Below are positions 12,385-25,275 of a stretch of 64,000 bases of DNA, piece after piece. A model generated the notes under the pieces. That model saw nothing but the letters and a program-made list of their open reading frames with translations. It was not told the DNA's origin and ran no database searches. The translations under genes and the position numbers were made by a program. Source of the stretch: Octopus bimaculoides (taxonomy: Eukaryota); NCBI RefSeq assembly GCF_001194135.2, contig NC_069004.1:15474178-15538177 (forward strand), written 5' to 3'. Position 1 is the stretch's first letter. Every line of letters begins with the position of its first letter.

Positions 12385-12620
12385 GTTGCTACTATCTCTA
12401 GTGATCAAATGTCCATCATTGATAAGACCAAGGAAGGTTGAAATCACATGATTTGGTGGTCTCGATGTTGGAGATGGCAAGGATTTATCTCCCCACTAGT
12501 GATGTAAACAAGAATGCATTTTGCACCAAAAACTGTATATGTGAGTTTCACTCATGGTCTCTAGTACAGTATAGTTTGACCATTGTCCTCACTATGTGGC
12601 CATGCTGTTGGTTAAGGGTG
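12385..12620 (+). repeat. Unclassified dispersed repeat, second copy at about 58440-58640
   Basis: Shared ctactatctctagtgatcaa.tg.ccatcatt.a.aagaccaaggaaggttgaaat...gcattttgcaccaaa. Confidence 0.7.
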
Positions 12621-15600
12621 ATGACAAGTCAATGGTCAGTTGGTCAATATCTGGGCTGATATCTCTGGCTAAGAATCTTGAATTCCTGAATGACCTGTCC
12701 TGCAAAACCAGCTTGTGGAGGTGGGGTGGGCTGAGGAACATAAGCTGTAGTACCAACGTGTCAAGGGACAGCATGAAGCAAACCGAGATCAGCTTCGTGG
12801 AATCTTGTAAACACGTCTAATGTATACCTCTGTAAATTTAGATTACAAGACCTGCTTAGAAAGATCCTATATTCTTAACACACAGTTTCACTACATTTGG
12901 GAAAAAAGCTGAGATGGTCATGTTTGGATTGCCTTTGGTAATAGGTCTGTTCAGTCAGGATTGATTTGTTGCTAACCCACAACATTAGCATCATATTAAA
13001 TTCAACTCTGCTTTCATTCATATTATTAGCTTTTTTCACTATCCTTCCTTTCCTTTCTTTCCCCTTTCAGACAATTCAATCTTTTTATTACAAAACATTT
13101 TAGCCTCAATTTCTTGTCAGTTCCACATTAACCCCACCCCACCCCACACTTTTAACAATTAAGTGGATTAAGGATGATTGAGTAGCTTGTTGCAAAAAAG
13201 AAGTATTCTCAGCATGGAGATAGACTTGGACACATGACCAGACATTTGGGCAGGGGGGGTTATTTTATCATATCAACCCCTAGTATTTATATCTTTTCTA
13301 TTATATTGGTTTCAAATTTTGGCACAAGGCCAGCGGTTTTGCAGGTGGGAGCCAAGTTGATTAAATCAACCCCAGTGCACAACTGGTACTCATTTTATCA
13401 AACCTGACAGTATGAAAGGCAAAGTGAACCTCAGTAGAATTTGAACTCAGAACATAGAGTTAGACAGTCAGCATCTTGCTTGCTCACTGCTTTTATCTCA
13501 TTCGGATCTCATTCGGTTACTTGTACCACGTAACACATGTTTGTTCATCATCATCATCATCACCGTTTAACGTCTGCTTTCCATGCTAGCATGGGTTGGA
13601 CGATTTGACTAAGGACTGGTGAACCAGATGGCTGCACCAGGCTCCAATCTGATTTGGCAGAGTTTCTNNNNNNNNNNNNNNNNNNNNNNNNNNNNNNNNN
13701 NNNNNNNNNNNNNNNNNNNNNNNNNNNNNNNNNNNNNNNNNNNNNNNNNNNNNNNNNNNNNNNNNNNNNNNNNCTGAGCACAGGTGCCATCACAATTTCG
13801 CTTTCGCTTGCCCCAACAGGTCTTCACAAGCCGAGTTTCGTGTCCAATGGAGGAGACGACAGATATAATAGAATGTTTTACTGGCTGATGTTTGTCAATT
13901 TTATATCTTCTCCATTTTCTTACTTTGCCTTATAAATCCTGGGTAAATTTCCAGTTTACCCCTACCCATACCTAGTATTCAATTGCAATATTGCCATGCA
14001 ATAGTAAGCACTTGGTTAAAAATACGTAGGTACACATCCAGTAGTATATTGGATATTTAATATCCCTTAGATGGCTTCTTAACCTCTAACTCATACAGAC
14101 ATCATGTGTCTGTGTGTGTGTGTGACAGACTCTCCTGTTGAAGACAACATATGAGTGTTCAGACAACATATGAGAAGACAGTAAAAAAAATTCAACCAAA
14201 TAGACAATGAACAACACACTCTCATTACTATTACTACTATTCACCAATGTTTACAATTCATTCACTTCACCTGGTGACTCTTCATATATGTCCTCAGGCC
14301 ACCAAAAGCAATATGGACATGAACATGACTTATTAAACCAGCACATGATCTAGCTGAGAAATCTCAATGTAGACAATGGTGGTTTGCAGGAAGACTGTTG
14401 TTCTGTTGGTTTCTTTTTCTATTTTCCGGTAACTGCTCTTGATGAAGAGCTCTTTGAATTTCAAAATTTTTAAGCTGGGAAAAGCACCCTTTCCTGAAGT
14501 TAGCACAATTTCTTGCAATATTCTCAACGTTTTCTTTCTTAATATGTAGACATTTCAAATTATCTTCGAATTTGTACTCATACCATAGAAATGGCTGGCC
14601 TACATTGCATTGTGAATTTACAAGCTGACCATAAATAATTTGTTTTGCTATTCAACCATTATTCATGTGAAAGATGTAACCACACCATTACATCTGAGAC
14701 TTGATTAAGAAACTTTCTATACTGGGTTTGTGTGTTTGTGTGTGAAGGAACCATTTGTAATCTTCGAAACATATGTTGGAAATAAAAGAATTCATTTAAC
14801 ATATGCGTATTACTCCATTTATTAATTTTTTATATATGTAGGTATGTACATATATGTATGGATATATGCACATATTTATATATTATTTATATTATTATAT
14901 GATCGAACGCCACGCATCCTTTTCCAAGTATGTATGTATGTGTGTGTGTATGTATGTATGTATGTATGTATGTATGTATGTTACACTTCTTTCACTTGTT
15001 GGGCTTCAGCCATGCTGGAGCACTACCTTGAAGGATTTAGTCAAATGAATAAACCCCAGTACTTACTTTTTAAAGTCTATTGGAGTCATTTGCTGAACTG
15101 CTAAGTTATGGGAACATAAACAAACCAACACCATCTCTCTTGCACTTTTGCTATCTCCCACTCTATCTCTCCGTTGTTCTTCCCTCTGGCTGGGTAGCCA
15201 TGTATCTCCTCTACTGTAACATACCTGTTTCTGCCCTCATTCTTGATCACTCTCTCTCTCTCCCCTTCTCTTGCTCTTCCCTCTGATTAGGTAACCATGT
15301 ATCTCCTCCACAGCAGCACACCTGTTTCTTATTAACTGTCTCTTGCTAACTCTGTTTCTTGTTAACTCTCCCCTCCCCTCCCTCTCTCTCTGGGTAACCA
15401 TGTATCTCCTCTTCAACAGTACACCTGTTTCTGCTCTCATTCTTAATCTCTCCCCACCTCTCTCACTCACCCCCCACCTCCTTTTCTTGTTCGTACCATT
15501 TTTTCAACTTTACTCCTAGAGCCCAACATATACCATTTTGGAATTAGGCTGACTCCATGAGTAAATTAAAAATATTCTGGTCCAAATCCAGACCTGCAAT

Positions 15601-16042
15601 CCTGAAATTTTGGATTCCTCTGTTTTCATTACTGCAATTGTTTTCAGCAATTTTTTTACATGATTTTTCTTGCAACGAATCTGATCATCATTGGGATATG
15701 ACTCTGGAGGAAGCAATTGCAACAAATTCTCCAAAACAAGTCAGATATCTGTTTGCAGATCTTCCCATTCGGGGTCAGTTGCTTAAAAGCTGTATACTAA
15801 TTTTGTGTGTCTTTGTGTCTGTACTTGTCCCCATCACCACTTGACAACTGGTATTGGTATGTTTATGTCCCCGTAACTTAGCAGTTTGGCAAAAGTGAGT
15901 GATAGAATAAGTACCAGGCTTTAAAAAAAAAAGGAACTGTGGTCAATTCATTTGACTAAAATTCCCAGCATGGCCACTGTCTAATGACTGGAACAAGTAA
16001 AAAAGATAAAAAGATGTGTGTGTGTATGTGTGTGTGTGTGTG

Positions 16043-16112
16043 TATCAAACATAAATTGAAAACAGAACACAAAGGATATCCTTTGTGTTCTGTTTTCAAT
16101 TTATGTTTGATA
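16043..16112. repeat. Perfect 70-bp palindrome with no spacer
   Basis: tatcaaacataaattgaaaacagaacacaaaggat|atcctttgtgttctgttttcaatttatgtttgata. Confidence 0.97.
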
Positions 16113-16185
16113 TATTCTTTCACCTCTGCTACTATCTGGCATATACAGGTGCTTACACTTATCAAATATTACCTCTAAACTTACA

Positions 16186-16225
<40 letters not shown>

Positions 16226-16335
16226 TAAAGAAAACAGAAAATGGAGAAGGACTGATGAACTAATTAATTAATAACAAATAACAATTGATGTAAGTCAATT
16301 GTTAATCAGTACTTCTCCATTTTCTGTTTTCTTTA
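16226..16335. repeat. Hairpin with 31-bp arms (30 of 31 match) and a nested 9-bp hairpin
   Basis: taaagaaaacagaaaatggagaaggactgat ... atcagtacttctccattttctgttttcttta; inner aacaattga-tgtaag-tcaattgtt. Confidence 0.9.
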
Positions 16336-16675
16336 AATTTTGATTCTTGATAAACCTTTGTCCTCACCTATAATTTATGAACATAATATGTTTGCATATG
16401 TATGGCCCATGCTTTAATATAGGTAATATACCGGTAGTCTGATGGATGCTTCTATTGCTTAGACGGTTATTTTAAGCTCTTACTCAACTAACCTCTGTGT
16501 GTGTGTGTGTGTGTGTGTCAGTGGCGTATGGTAGTTGTCACGCCCAGTGCCACCAAATTCCAACCAGGGGTATAACAAAAGTGTTACATTAAAATTTGTG
16601 ATTAAACTAATGAGTAAGGCTAATATTTATAATGAATTTGCCATTTTCAATGGTTGTGCAGCACACCCCTAACAC

Positions 16676-16738
<63 letters not shown>

Positions 16739-16929
16739 CATACATAATCATTATGTGTATATGCATACATATATTTCATTAGGATTATAATTTCTAGTAT
16801 TAAAAAGTGTCTGGCACATCACTTCAAAGATTTTAGTTGGCACTTATCTATATATTGTTTGTACAGAAGGTGTTCCTGGGAAATTTTCTGATGTGATCAG
16901 TTCTTTAGACAACTATTACGACGGTGACG

Positions 16930-17196
16930 GTGATGGGGATGATGGTGGTGGGTTTTTGCTTCAGTGCATTAGGGGAACACCTGTCTGATCTATGCTGTTA
17001 TTGATAGTGATGGTGATGGTGGTAGTAATTGTGCAACGGACCCAACTCAAGGAAATACCCTCATGCTTCCTCCCTCATTCTAATTCACACTCAGTCGTTA
17101 CTCTACAACTCACAACAAAACTATAACTCTATAACTGCATCCCAACACGGGTTTGTCTCTGCTGCATCCACCACCACCACCACCACCGCATCAATA

Positions 17197-17232
<36 letters not shown>

Positions 17233-17591
17233 TTGCCATCATCATCAGTATCAGTGGCGCCCTCATTGCCACATTATCTTTCACCACCACCATCACCACC
17301 ACTACGAACAACAGCAACAACAACAATAACACCAACAACCTGTTTCCAGTTCATCTGAAACTAGCTCCAATATTTGCCAGGTGATGCTTTCGCAGCCATT
17401 CAAGTTATTTCGGCAAAACCAATACAACTGAACAACAACAACAACAACAACAACAACTGTGTTTTGTTCCTCTATCAAAATCGTCCGGTAAATATCAAAG
17501 AAACTTCTCTCTTTTATCGTCATCGCCATTTTCATCATTAACATTGTCATCACTACCATCGCCATAATCATCGTTGTCATCATCATCATCG

Positions 17592-17623
<32 letters not shown>

Positions 17624-18375
17624 GTTATTGTTATCAACACCGTCGTCCTCATTTTCCACCGACCTTTTTCTTTGCCTTCTCCTTCCCATCATCATCATCA
17701 TCATCATCATACATGTTATCATCCACTGTCTTGCTATTGTTCTTGTTACTCTTCTTTTTCTTCTTTTTTTCTTCTTTTTCTTCTTCTTCTTCTTCTCCTT
17801 CTTCTTCTCCTTCTTCTTCTTCTTCTTCTTCTTCACAGGCTTCATTCGTTCATTCATTCATTCATTCAGTCATTCACATATTTGTTTATTCATTCAATTC
17901 TTAGAGCAAACCCATCCGCCTAGCAACAAACTATTATTATTATTATTATTACTACTACTACTACTGCTGCTGCTGTTGCTGCTACTGCTGCTTTTGCTGT
18001 TCTTCTTCTTGTTGCTGTTAATGATAATGATGCTTCAGCAATTATTGTTATTACTGATAACAATGTTATATTTCGTCTGCTGTTAGCGATGCTGTTGATA
18101 GCGACAATGACAATGATGACAACGATCACCACCATCATAATGATGGTGTGTGTGTGTGTGTGTGTGTGCGTGCGTGCGTATATTTGTCTGTTTGTCTATG
18201 TCTGTGTGTATTGTTGTTGTTGTTGTTGTCGTTGTTTTTGTTGTTGTCGTCGTAGCCACTGGCCTGGATAATCGAATCGGGTTTTCTCCCTGCTCTTATA
18301 AAGCTATGACAGTATTAAACAATTACAACCGAACGATGAAGATTTTCCATGAGATGTGTATTTTGCCATTCATTG

Positions 18376-18410
<35 letters not shown>
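16930..18410. repeat. Patchwork of trinucleotide and tetranucleotide microsatellites
   Basis: Successive (CAC), (TAC), (TGC), (AAC), (ATC), (TTC), (ATTC), (TAT), (TG), (TTG) and (CA) tracts. A similar patch is at about 53170-53510. Confidence 0.9.
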
Positions 18411-18412
<2 letters not shown>

Positions 18413-18964
18413 GGAATCCCAAAGAGAAAAGGTGATTCCTAAATTGTCCTCGTCCTCACCCTCACCTCACCCCACATCATCTTTTCTGAAGACAAAACAC
18501 CAATAGTTCTTCTTTGTTTTATTTACTAGCAGACATTTATGTGGCCATGGTTCTTCATTGAACAAATATTTCTCGAATATTTCCATTTTTGGCCAATTCT
18601 CTCTCTTCTTTGTCTTCAGGTAATTTCTACATATTTAAAAAGGTTTTTACTTACGTGGGCGTACACANNNNNNNNNNNNNNNNNNNNNNNNNNNNNNNNN
18701 NNNNNNNNNNNNNNNNNNNNNNNNNNNNNNNNNNNNNNNNNNNNNNNNNNNNNNNNNNNNNNNNNNNNNNNNNNNNNNNNNNNNNNNNNNNNNNNNNNNN
18801 NNNNNNNNNNNNNNNNNNNNNNNNNNNNNNNNNNNNNNNNNNNNNNNNNNNNNNNNNNNNNNNNNNNNNNNNNNNNNNNNNNNNNNNNNNNNNNNNNNNN
18901 NNNNNNNNNNNNNNNNNNNNNNNNNNNNNNNNNNNNNNNNNNNNNNNNNNNNNNNNNNNNNNNN

Positions 18965-19009
<45 letters not shown>

Positions 19010-19080
19010 TCAATTAATCATAAATCTAAAAGAGAAGCACACTCTAAGATAGAGCAGTAGAGTATTTAGATAAAGACAGT

Positions 19081-19112
<32 letters not shown>

Positions 19113-19345
19113 GAGATAGACAGACAAACAGACATACAGATAGATAGATAGATAGACAGATAGATAGACATGTAAGCAAATAGGTGCAAAACATGCCAGG
19201 TATAATAGTACTCAAATATCAAAGCTAGAATAAAACAGTACTTTAGTGAAGCTGAAAGGCTTTGCAGCTTCAATACATACATACATGCATACATACATAC
19301 ATACATACATACATACATACATGCATACATACATACATACATACA

Positions 19346-19377
<32 letters not shown>

Positions 19378-19438
19378 AATATAGACATATTTGTTTTCCC
19401 TCCGCCTTCCTTTTCTCTTGGACTTTCCTCTGTCTCTT

Positions 19439-19473
19439 GTTTCTGATGAAGAGCTTTGTTCAAAATCTAAAAC
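19439..19473 (+). ncRNA. Decayed hammerhead-like motif with canonical CUGAUGA (element about 19392-19585)
   Basis: GUUU CUGAUGA A GAGC UUU GUUC AAAAU CUA AAAC. The flanks align by eye with the 36127-36292 element. Confidence 0.55.
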
Positions 19474-19772
19474 TACTTTCCTTTCCTTCCCTGAGCATCT
19501 TATTAATACTTTGCGTGTACCAGGTCCTTGCATTGTTGTTTTTTCATGTGTTTTTCCTCGTTTTGGGGGGATTATATATATACACATATATATAAATATA
19601 TAATTTAGAAAAAAAAGACACAATTCTTGAATTCATCCATGAAAATCCACAGTCACATATAGAAAAATTTAATAAGTAAATACACTAAAAAGACCTATAA
19701 TAAAAATAAAAAGTAATAAATAATAATATATATATATATATACGTACACACACACACATAGACAGACAAACG

Positions 19773-19865
<93 letters not shown>

Positions 19866-21716
19866 CACACACAGACAGAGACAGATAGACAGACAAACGT
19901 ATATATATAAATGTATATATATATATATCTCCATGTTTAGCTGTAAAAGAACATTTTTATTTTATTTTGTACTTGGTTTACAAGATTCTTAATGTGGATT
20001 CATGTCTTGAAACAAGTCTTATTGTGTCTTGGGAGGGTCGTAATGCCAATAATAAGAAACACGTGCACTGGTTCAATATCACTTCTTGATTGTTGGTAAA
20101 TCAAATATCTAACCAACTAACTAATCAATCATTTGTTTGATGTAGTTTTTAAACAATTAATTGGTTGTTTGTCGAAGTCCATTCGTCACTATTCATGACT
20201 TCATCAATGACATGCCTCCTATCTTCAAGGTCTGCCTTGAGATATTCAATTAACTGATTAACAATAAAGAAGTGTTATTGAACCAGAGTGTGTGTTTATT
20301 ATTACTGGTGTAATGACCCTCTCAAGGCACACCAACATTCTTATTATTGCAGATATTAAAGGAATAATTATGATAGCACATATTCATATATTGATATGAT
20401 GAAAATAAGAATAATTAAAATTGCAGACATTGTTTATTTATATCATTCCTCTGGCTGACGATCAGCAGCAAATTCTGCAAGATTTGGTTCTAAATTTGGT
20501 AAAAGTCATAAATCTCTAGACTTCCATTCAGTTTCTATTTTTGGTCAAAATTTGATTTACTTCACTAAAATTTTTTTCCCTCCAGATTAGGTTGGAAAAG
20601 CAATAAAAAATAACAATCCATAAATATATGACATTTTAGATTACAACCGCATTTTTTTACACACTTCGATTTATAAAAATCCTCATTATTTCTTCATCAT
20701 TTTGTAAATCAAAGATGGAGTCTCATGTAAATTGATTTGTTATGCTATTTTGTACAGAAATGGAGGATTTTTTTACTCAGTTAGGAATCATCAGTCAAAC
20801 CAGTTCATTAAATCCTGTCTCAAAATCTTTCTTCAGTTGTAATAAATGTCCACAGTAGGTCCTCAATTTATCATCAGTGAATTATTAGGGTTTTCATTAA
20901 TGGAAGTTAACAGAACTCCCTTTTGCCAGGGTTTCAATTTGATTTTATTGATAAAAATTCTCAACTGCATTCTTTTTAAGTGTATTAGATTAAATTATTT
21001 CTTTGCATTCACAAATTCAGGTTGTTTATCTTATCATAAATATCATCTAAGTAAGCCACATTTCTACAAAGTCAATGTCACTTTTTTTAGCTGCTCATCA
21101 TGATAAATATAATTAAAACTTTCATGATGGTGTTGTAAAGTTGGAAGAAGCTTTTCAAACAAGATCCTTTTCAAACAAGATCCTTTTAACAGCCATTAGG
21201 CCTATCACAAGACTTTAGTGCCTGGGGATGCTTCAGAATATTCTGGGTGGGCACTAATTTGTAATAATGTTAAAGTGGAGTTTTGAAATTAGCTTATCAC
21301 TGTAAATCTGAGGGTGCACCATTGAATACTGAGGGGGTAGTGCCATTGAGTGCACCTCCTTAGCGACAAGCATGACAGCCATTGAGCTTCAATGTGGAGA
21401 AAAAATCACTTGTTAAGGTTATGTCTTTGGATATTCTACAGAAATTATAGTCAGCAATGATTTCTATAGAATATCTGTAGAGATAACCTTAGCAAGTGAT
21501 GTGATAGCACTGCTAACACAGTAGAAGATGGTATTGACTTATAAAAACATTTAATATACTTTATAGTATATATATGGTTGCATAACAAAATACTGTATCC
21601 CCACAAGTCATTAATGGAGAAATAATGTTTCCAAATTTTCATCATTTTTATTCATATAATCGATGAAAGGTAGCCTAGTACCTTCCCCTCCAATCACCAG
21701 CTGGGGATTTTAGCAA

Positions 21717-21927
21717 ACTTTATCTTTTTTATCCAGTCTAATCAAGGAAGGAAGGTTGATAGCCTTTATCAAGTCCTGCAAAACTGCAGAGAGAAAGTGA
21801 GAAAATTAAGCTCAAACTGGAGACTTTCTTTTTTTACCCAATCTAATCAAAGGAGGAAGAGTGACACCTTTTATCAGGTCCCACTAGACTGGGGAGAGAA
21901 AGGGAGAAAGTTAAGCTCAAACTGGAG
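21717..21927 (+). repeat. Diverged tandem duplication, two units of about 105 bp
   Basis: Both units contain tctaatcaa..gaggaag...tttatca.gtcc and end gagaaa.ttaagctcaaactggag. Confidence 0.8.
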
Positions 21928-22408
21928 ACTTAACCCAAGCAATCACTGGATCACCTGCTCTCCTTCTAGGAGGGAGTGACAAGGTAACCTCACTAGTGTT
22001 GGTGCAATTAACCTGAATACTTGCAACAGAGAGGACTCTGCTAAAAACAGCAGCCAAAGACCAGGTGATGGGGTTAAACTAGGGGACAGGTTAAGACTAT
22101 CACCATCCAACAAGAGGAACATCCCTTTCAATAGGCTTCCATACAGTTTCCATTATGTGAATCTTGCTCACAAGGTTTTTGGATAACCTTTGACATTTGG
22201 ACTATGATAGAAGACATTTGTCCAAGGTGCTGAAAATACATGCACACACATACACACACACACACACACTCATGCACCCACATATGCACACATACACAAG
22301 TATGCACACACTCACATGCACACACACATACACTCATGCATGCATACACACATATGCACACAAACACACATACACACATGCACACACACTCATGCACACA
22401 CCATGCAG

Positions 22409-22766
22409 AGACAGGATGCCGAATGCACTTTTGCCGAAGGACAAGAAGCCGAAGCCAAGAAGCTGAATGGACACAATGTCGAATGGACATAAGCCGAATG
22501 GACACAATGCCGAATGGACATAAGCCGAATGGACACAATGCCGAATGGATATAAAGCCGAATGGACACAATAATAATTAAAAAAAAACATTCTTATCTAC
22601 ATAGTTTAATGATCAATTCATCAATTTGGTACTTAAGATTTAATGAGATTAAATCTTAATTTTTGTATGTCTTTTCTGCATCTTGTCCGTTTGGCTTTAA
22701 GTCTGTTCAGCATTGTGTCCGTTTGGCTTCTTGTCCTTTGACAAAAGTGCATTAGGCATCCTGTCT
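22409..22766. mobile_element. Foldback MITE with subterminal 15-16-bp tandem repeats
   Basis: TIR agacaggatgccgaatgcacttttg is mirrored at 22741-22766. The left arm has an array of gccgaatggacacaat/gccgaatggacataa units and the right arm has a shorter inverted array. Confidence 0.8.
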
Positions 22767-25275
22767 GTGTACCACACACACACACATGCATACACACAAC
22801 TGCAAACACATATGCAAATACTTATATACACACCCAAGCACATATTTTGCAGTGTCTCCAATCAGAGCATCCAATTTTACATGACTTCCTTCAGCGAATG
22901 TTATCTCTGCCTTCTCAAGAGAAGTTTAACCTTTTAACATTTAAACTGGCCATATCTTGCCCAAAAATTCTTCCTGTTTTATGTTCAAACTAGCCAGATC
23001 TGACCTCTTACACCTACTCTACAATGTCATTCCTTAAGTAAAGAGTCACATCATTGAAATCTCAAAGCTACAAGATAATGCATGTGTAGCTCATAATAAT
23101 GGTTTCAAATTTTGCCACAAGGCCAGCAATTTTGGGGGAGGGAACTAGTTGATTACATCAACCCCCATTACTCAACTGGTACTTATCTTATCGACCCTGA
23201 AAGGATGAAAGACAAAGTTGACCTCAGTAGGATTTGAACTCATAGCTTAGTGAGTGACAGGAGAAATACCGCTAAGCATTTCATCCAATGCTCTAATGAT
23301 TCTGACAGTTCGCCATCTTATGTAGTTCATAATAATGGGAATATATAAGCTTTACACTTGATGGAGTAAACTAGATGTCAAAGGGTTAATCTCTCATCCC
23401 TACTTAATAAGGAGATAAGCTACAGCAACATGAGCCCCTGTAATTGTTGCCGCTGCTGCTGCTGCTGGTTAGCCCCATGTCGGCTCTGTTTGAGCAGACC
23501 TGTGATCAAAGGTATTTCCCCTATGAGCATTTCTACTTTCATAGACATAGTTTATCTAAGATTATACTAACCCAGGGTTTCCTTCATTTTTAAGATGGTA
23601 AGCTGTGAATTAAGGAAAATTTGACTGCTATTTTTAGCAGATTGAGCACAGCTTCTGCCATTCTCATAAAATCAGGATTTCTTGAATTGGAACTGGTTAA
23701 GGTTTTGGTAAGATGTGAAGAATGGGTCTGCTTTCAATCCTTTAAGATGCACCTTAATCCACCAACTGTAATGCTTATTTATCCACAATGATTCAAATTA
23801 ATCATGCATTATCATGTAGCTCTCTGGTTTTGATGATGCAACTGTTTATGTTTAGAATGACATTGTAGGGTAGCTATGAGAAGCCAGATCTGGCCAGTTT
23901 GAAAATAAAAACAGACCAAAAATTTGAGCTGGATGTGTCTTGTTTGAATGCTAGATCGTTAATGGCAAAATGATTGGATGAAGTGGATAAATTTGGACCA
24001 GTGGCTTGTACAAAGCACTTTTCTTACATTGGGTCTCACGGAGGCAATGACAAATGACTGAGACCTTTGCCAATATGCCATGCTTCTGAGGGAAGACCCA
24101 TCAAACCAAGTGAAATCATAGTCCTGGCAGATACTGGTGTCATGGTGTCATGCAAGTGGCACCCATGCTGGTGGCACATAAAAGCACCCATTACACTCTT
24201 GGAGTGGTTGGCATGTTAGGAAGTGCATCCAACTGTAGAAACCATGCCAAATCAGGCCAGTGTCTGGTGCAGCTCCCCGCTCCAGCTTGCAAACTCTGGT
24301 CAAACCATCCAACCCATGCCAGCATGGACAACAGATGTTAAATGATGATGATGATGGTGATTGGCATGGCACAAATCCTTCCTGACATAATTTTTCTTCT
24401 CGTCCTCATTTTCATCATCATCACCATCTTCTTAGTATTCATCATCATCATCAGCAGCGGCAGTAGCAAAATCATCATCATCTTCTATGTACCCTCAAAC
24501 TACACCCTCATTGCCTTCAAAAATTGGCGAATATAGTTGTAGATGCAGTAAATGTTTGCAAAAAAGGACGGGGTGGTTATGGTTGGACCATCTAAATCAT
24601 ATCTTTTTTCAGTCAGGGATAATCTGGACCTCAACAACAACAGAAATAAGATTTATGATTGATTTTGTTGTTTGCTTTTTACTCCTTTTAATGGCCACAT
24701 GTTGGACCCGTTTTTTTTTTTCCCCCTTTCTCTCCCTCTTTGTCACCTACTTCAACCTTCCTCCATCTCCTCCTTCTCATCTTCAGACCCATTCATTCCC
24801 TCCTCTGTCTCCCATCATTCCTCTTCGTCTCCTCCAATCCTATTCAATGAACAGTCAACCCTCTCTCTCTCTCCCCCCCCCACTGAAGTTGACTCATCCA
24901 GACAAAACGGTCAATCTCAAATGAAATCAATAGAAAACAAGGCAAGGTTGTTAAACAACAACAACAACAACAACAACAACCTGTTTGTAATGACGATTCA
25001 CCAATAAATGGGTGAAGTGTGGGGGGTGGGGGGAGTACATTGCAGTAGATGTTGACAAGATAGGGCATGTACATGGAGCTATAAATCTCCCCAACACCAG
25101 CAACCACCTATTACCTGTCGTACAACAGGCTGCTGCTGCTGCTGCTACTGATTATGATGATGATGATGGTGATTATGAGGAGGAAGAGGAGGGTACCATG
25201 CATTCTGCAGCTCGGACAAGTGTGACAACAGGGTGACTTGCCTTTGTTGCTGGTGAATGAGTAGACATTGCAGGT

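Noticed and set aside
14340-14640. Possible Penelope GIY-YIG remnant (-) and a GATGAAGAGC hammerhead-like word (+)
   Set aside because: Peptide similarity is weak, and the word lacks a closed stem II followed by GAAA.
17029-18506. Long low-complexity ORFs (poly-Leu, Ser, Lys, Met, His)
   Set aside because: They are translations of trinucleotide microsatellites in several frames on both strands, with no domain or splice support.
18590-18630. tctttgtcttcag|gtaatt splice-like site
   Set aside because: It reads equally well as an acceptor or a donor, and no partner site or coding frame supports it.
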